This document shows positions 52,812 to 64,000 of a DNA stretch of 64,000 nucleotides, one piece after another. The stretch spans positions 7,572,954 to 7,636,953 of the forward strand of contig CM120644.1 in NCBI GenBank assembly GCA_051362555.1, in the 5' to 3' direction. The stretch comes from Lingula anatina. Taxonomy: Eukaryota; Animalia; Brachiopoda. The notes beneath the pieces are model-generated. The model saw only the letters and a program-made list of their open reading frames with translations, made no database searches and was not told the origin of the DNA. The stretch's first letter is position 1. Every line of letters begins with the position of its first letter. Made by a program: the position numbers and the translations under genes.

Positions 52812-52970
52812 TCTACGCTCAAGTTGGTAACGTATGTATCGGTAACGAATGTATCGATACATACGTTACCGATACATATGTTACCAAATTGCGTCTAGAT
52901 TGTTGTTGTTTTAGTTGGGCCGACGGACAACAAACAATGTAGCCTAAACAACAACAACAATCTGCACGCA
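52754..52970. repeat. Spacerless palindrome of about 110 bp within a direct duplication
   Basis: Centre GTATC|GATAC at 52855/52856 with flanking (CAA)n and (TTG)n. AGTTGGRCCGACGGACAACAAA is repeated at 52754 and 52913. Confidence 0.8.
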
Positions 52971-53176
52971 AAAATCTATCAACGGGTTAAAATGGTTACT
53001 TATTCGCTTATTGCTAGAATTTTTCAATTCTCTTTTCTTAACATATTTCTTCTTCTTCTTCTTCTTCTTCTTATAATTATTATTATAGGATCTGATTTAA
53101 CAGGAACAACGGTTTCTAGCGGACTTCCATTTCTGTTACACCTTGTTGCACCGGCAAAGAGTAGTTTCTAAAGTTG

Positions 53177-53198
53177 CCGCTAGATGGCCATCTAGCCG
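53177..53198. promoter_or_regulatory. Palindromic double CTCF-like motif in the PSMD11 promoter
   Basis: CCGCTAGATGGCCATCTAGCCG; a perfect 18-bp palindrome at 53179-53196; each strand resembles CCASYAGRKGGCRS. Confidence 0.45.
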
Positions 53199-53384
53199 TT
53201 CAGAGCAAAAGGTATGAACATATCTATCGATACAGTAACTTTTGTCGTATGATTATCTTTTCGTAATATATTTACACCATAAAAAGCTGTTGCTAATAAA
53301 TAAAGATTATAGATTAATTTTTTTGAAATTTAAAACAAGGTAATCGCGTTTTGACGAGATTTTGTTTGTCACACATGTTTCAAC

Positions 53385-59893
<6,509 letters not shown>

Positions 59894-60810
59894 TATACCA
59901 AAGGAAAGAAATGAAAAAAAAATAATGAAGATGAACAAAATTTCCTTATGCCCGAAGAGGCCAGACTAAGATAGAAAAGAGGTCAAAATTAATTTATGTT
60001 TATTTAACTTTATAAATCGGTCTTGGCTATTATGAAGACAGTATAACAATATAACAGGCTTGCTATTATTTAAAAAGATTCAGTCATTGTATTTGGTTTA
60101 GGTTTTATTTAAGCTCATGTTCAGCAAGACTTTTTTTCTGTATTGTTCTGGCTTTAGGAGTCGGGTAAGGTTGGATCTCCTGTACTGAGAAGACAAATGT
60201 TGCACTTGTTAAATACACTTTATATCTCCCCCTAATGCTCTTATGTAAGGGTTATAATTGTGACTGACGATATTGAAACTGATTTATTGGTCGAGACCAG
60301 TTTCTTATAAATCAGATGAAGCTGTTATTGGGAATAAATTGGAAATGTCACAAAGCTGCCAAAGGAAAGGGAAATTCGAATTGCTGCACACACGTTGGGA
60401 TTTTGAAAATCGTCCATAGAAATCTTCAGCATTGGAGTTTTCCTCTGCAAAGGAGTTTCTGATACGCTGAAGTTTTTATTTTTACAAACTGGCATTAAAA
60501 CTTTTTTGGAAACGTGATCTTCCTTAATGCGGCCATAGGGCAGTAAAACTTTACGGACAGTGTAAAGAATCCTGCATGATATTTCACAATGCTGTGGACA
60601 TTTGTACTTGTTCACAATTTTGTGCATATATGTAGTTACAGTTTAAAGTAAAATATATTGTAAATATGTAACATGGTGTTTGTTTCTTGCCTCTTTTTTT
60701 TCACCTGACTTGAAACGACAGGTAAGCAATATTGATAACACGGATGGTCAAGTTAACATTTTGATTCTGAGGTATGAACAGGGCTCGACGTATGTGACGA
60801 CCCGATATGT

Positions 60811-61014
60811 CAGGCCAGATTTGTCCTACGACCAGAGAACAGGCCAGATATGTCCGACAAAAAAGAGCCAGATGTGTCCGTCAGGCCAGATATGTCCGAC
60901 AGGCCAGATATGTCCGACAAAAAAGAGCCAGATGTGTCCGACAGGCCAGATAAGTCCTACAAAAAAGAGCCAGATGTGTCCGACAGGCCAGATATGTCCG
61001 ACAAAAAAGAGCTA
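60811..61014 (+). repeat. Minisatellite with core GCCAGATRTGTCCGACA and alternating linkers
   Basis: About 9 copies of a 17-bp core separated by G or AAAAAGA. Confidence 0.9.
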
Positions 61015-61584
61015 GTTGTGTTTTTAAAATAAGAACATGTTTTTCTCTTTTCATTGTTTAATGTTCTTAATTTGTTCTAGGTCATTCTGAATGACTTCCT
61101 AAAACAGTCTTCAAACTGCTACATTCATTACAAAACAACATAGAACTGTAAAAAAAAAAAAAATAATAAATAAAAAAAAAGTGGCAAAAGTGGTTTCTGC
61201 GGTTGTGCCACAGGACGTCATGCCTGCCCGCAAACGCAAATGGTTTGCTAATGGATCACTCTTGACCAAAAAAGTTGTTACACCTCTAATTTTTATGATT
61301 TTGTTTACAATGATCAAAACACGGCTAAAACGGTATTAAATAATGTCTCTTATTCCGGGTTTCGTATCTAACTTGAACTACGGCACAAAAATAAAAAGTT
61401 GTTTTTAAAAGTACATGCACCCCCCCCCCCCCCCAAATCTGATGTTCCACGTTGATTTCCACAGAAGTAAAGAAGAAAAAATGCCAATGAACTTTAAAAA
61501 GCACCGCCAAATGTCACCTAATGTATACACAATTAGCATTAGAATGTGCTTTTTTTTTAAATCAAAAATCACTTCTAATAGCGT

Positions 61585-61700
61585 GTGTGTATACCTACCG
61601 CACACTGTAGGCGGCATACATTCAACAAGGATTTGTAGTCTGTTTTGTGGGATGTAGTTCCATTTTGCCAGAAGAGTGTGACGTAGGTGGTCCAAATTAT
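61585..61700 (-). mobile_element. Tc1-like transposase C-terminal relic
   Basis: The translation DHLRHTLLAKWNYIPQNRLQILVECMP resembles the Tc1 C-terminal pattern L..EW..IPQ..I..L..SMP. Confidence 0.5.
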
Positions 61701-62494
61701 TTGCATTTACTGAAACAAGTTGTCAGACAAAGTGATAATTTGACAATCATTTTGATTTTGATTGAGATTTTATATATTCCATGCATTGCTAATGCCCACA
61801 AAGAGGCAGTCGCTAATCGCTGTGCAGTAAACCAAGTATTCTAATTGCAAATGGTGAATCAGAAATTTCTGCGAAATTTTTTCACACAAAATAAATCCAC
61901 ATTGTTAAATTTAACTAAAAGAGTTAATTTATCGATGGCAAAGCAGTGGACATTAAAAAGGCGTGTTTATAACTCGTCGTTTACTTTTGTAAAGTTACAG
62001 TAATCGCCGCTGTTTTGGAAGTTCACGCTGCGCTTATCGCTTTTTTTAGTAATAGAAAAATTACCGAGAAGGGCAGAAATGTGAATTTTACGCCTCTAAT
62101 CTAGAACTATAGGCCTATGTCAAGGCAATTCGTGTTAGTTTTTTTAAATGATGTTTGACCGGGAAACTATGCAACACATGAAAGCGGCCAGCGTGGGACT
62201 CTTTTTACACAACACAGAAAAGTGGGCAACTAAATAGATTTTTAAAAGATGTCTTCACAAATTTTAATTTTGGACAAGCATCTCTATTAGACATTTTATT
62301 ATTATCCAGTGATCTTGCAGAATAAAGAAAGAGGACGCTCAGTCTCTCATGAAATCGCTTAGGGATTCGTTTGATTGTGTGTGTGCGCGTGTGTGTGTGT
62401 GTGGGGGGGGGGGGGGACGCCTCATACATAAAGCGCTACGTATTCACCGTGTGATTTTTCTCATTTTTGTCTTTGCACCAGGAAGTGCGACGTT

Positions 62495-62751
62495 GAGAGG
62501 GTAGACCTACAGCATTCACCCGACTTGAACCCCCCTCCAGATTTTTATCTATGGGGTGTCTCAGGGATGTGTACCAGTACAACTCTCAAACTATTGATCG
62601 GCTGAAGGCAGCAATCAAAGCAAAGATCAGGGAAATCCCCAAACACGAATGTGTTCGAGTAATTTTACGCGACGTATGCAAGTGTGCCTTCAACGCCACG
62701 GAGACCATTTAGAGCAAATTTTGGAAATAACATAACTTTTATGCAAAGCGA

Positions 62752-62796
<45 letters not shown>

Positions 62797-62889
62797 GTTG
62801 AGGAAATATCGTACACAGACTGAAGTTAAAGACCTTTGTAGGATTTAATAAACTTTCATGGGTTCTGTAATTTTTTGGGTCACCCTGTA
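62495..62889 (+). mobile_element. Degenerate Tc1/mariner-superfamily transposon 3' end
   Basis: Frameshifted peptide SPDLNP.PDFYLWG...TIDRLKAAIKAKIREIP...RRMQVCLQRHGDHLEQIL; ends in the TIR-like TTTTTTGGGTCACCCTGTA. Confidence 0.75.
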
Positions 62890-64000
62890 TATGTGCATAA
62901 CACGGCCTCTACAGTAAACAAAATGGTGAGATCAATTTATAACATAATAATTGGACATGCGGTATTGGGGAAAATGGCTTGATGTGATTTTTCAGAGTAA
63001 TGGGCAGATTACATCAACCAAATGATCAGGTTAGGACAATACTGCGATAAAAAAAATTAATTACTTGCCAAATGCGTTTGTATAATAATGTCAAAATGTA
63101 TATAATTTGTCCATTTGCTAATGGCCAGATATGAAACGATCCTTTCCTGTGCATTAGTCCCCATAAATATAACATCAGCGTTCATTTTCGTTTCAGTTTT
63201 TAAAAGCACTAATCATAGTATGGGCTTGAGTCCGTCAGTAGTCTTTGTCTAGTATAAAGATGAATAATTAAATAGCCTTTTTATCCTATTAAGTAGCATG
63301 TAGTTAGCAAATTGACATTTTAATATGATTACTGCCGGACTGATGGTAATTGTTCGGTGCGTTGATAGATGGCGTTCGTATGGACGCAAGTGTACTTGTA
63401 CCGTCCTGCGTGTCTGGGTGGGACCTTACGAATGTTCAACCCTCTAAAAGCGGCAGATAACAGCAATTGCTAGCTAGAAGACTGTCCGTGGTATTTAGGG
63501 TAGTGTGCTAACAAATTGTTGTAAGTGAAAAATTGTGTTTTCCTACGCAATTACCTACGCTAATTTTAACAGGTTGTGGAATAGCAGCAGTGGCAATAAG
63601 GCAAGGTTTGACGACAGATTACACGCTCGAGGTGTGGCGGGTTTAAAATGAAGTGTTAGTCACGTGAGAGTAATCTAAGTAAATAGACGTGGGTTTAAAG
63701 TGGACTTCGGATAAACTGGTTCTTAAAAAAGTAGTCCTGTGTTCTAAGAGAAATAGTGACAGATTTTTAAACATGTGGCATTAATGATATCTGTTTCTCA
63801 TCATTTCATAAACAGATTTTAGAGCGGGAAGTTTTTTCTATCTAAAGTGTACAACCATATCAAACTGCTACTTTTTGAAAAGTATGAAAATACTTAAGAG
63901 TATTTAAATGCTTAAAAAAATTAAACATTTGGATATACATCCACGTTCCTCCATCCTATTTGACGTCTTTGACATCTTTACGTCTTTGCACAAATATTTG

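Noticed and set aside
60811-61014. CRISPR-like array of short repeats
   Set aside because: The linkers are only 1 or 7 bp and are themselves repeated, there are no unique spacers or cas genes, and the context is eukaryotic.

Overview
AT-rich, intron-containing genomic DNA from an animal, most likely a marine invertebrate or lophotrochozoan; the species cannot be identified from this sequence. By reading splice sites by hand I built six gene models. (1) An unknown low-complexity protein gene on the minus strand with a GC-AG intron. It sits head-to-head with (2) a complete 23-exon myosin ID gene (7693-34399, about 1005 aa). (3) A 5-exon secreted protein the ORF track largely misses (38806-40870, about 249 aa: signal peptide, chitin-binding-like Cys domain, TSP1, WxxW). 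(4) A UDP-glycosyltransferase with a single coding exon (42462-44021, minus) whose catalytic His position reads Arg. (5) A 3-exon tandem-GNAT, YitH/HolE-like acetyltransferase (48061-50659). (6) A 12-exon PSMD11/Rpn6 gene (53385-59893, about 420 aa). MYO1D and PSMD11 are also neighbours in human (17q11.2). Here they enclose a CpG-richer, MITE-dense block of three accessory genes. Non-coding DNA holds a 2.9-kb Helentron-type (HINE) element with internal satellites and nested elements, several MITE families, long hairpins, a minisatellite and Tc1/mariner relics. I saw no CRISPR array, rRNA or tRNA. All family assignments come from motif recognition, not database searches.
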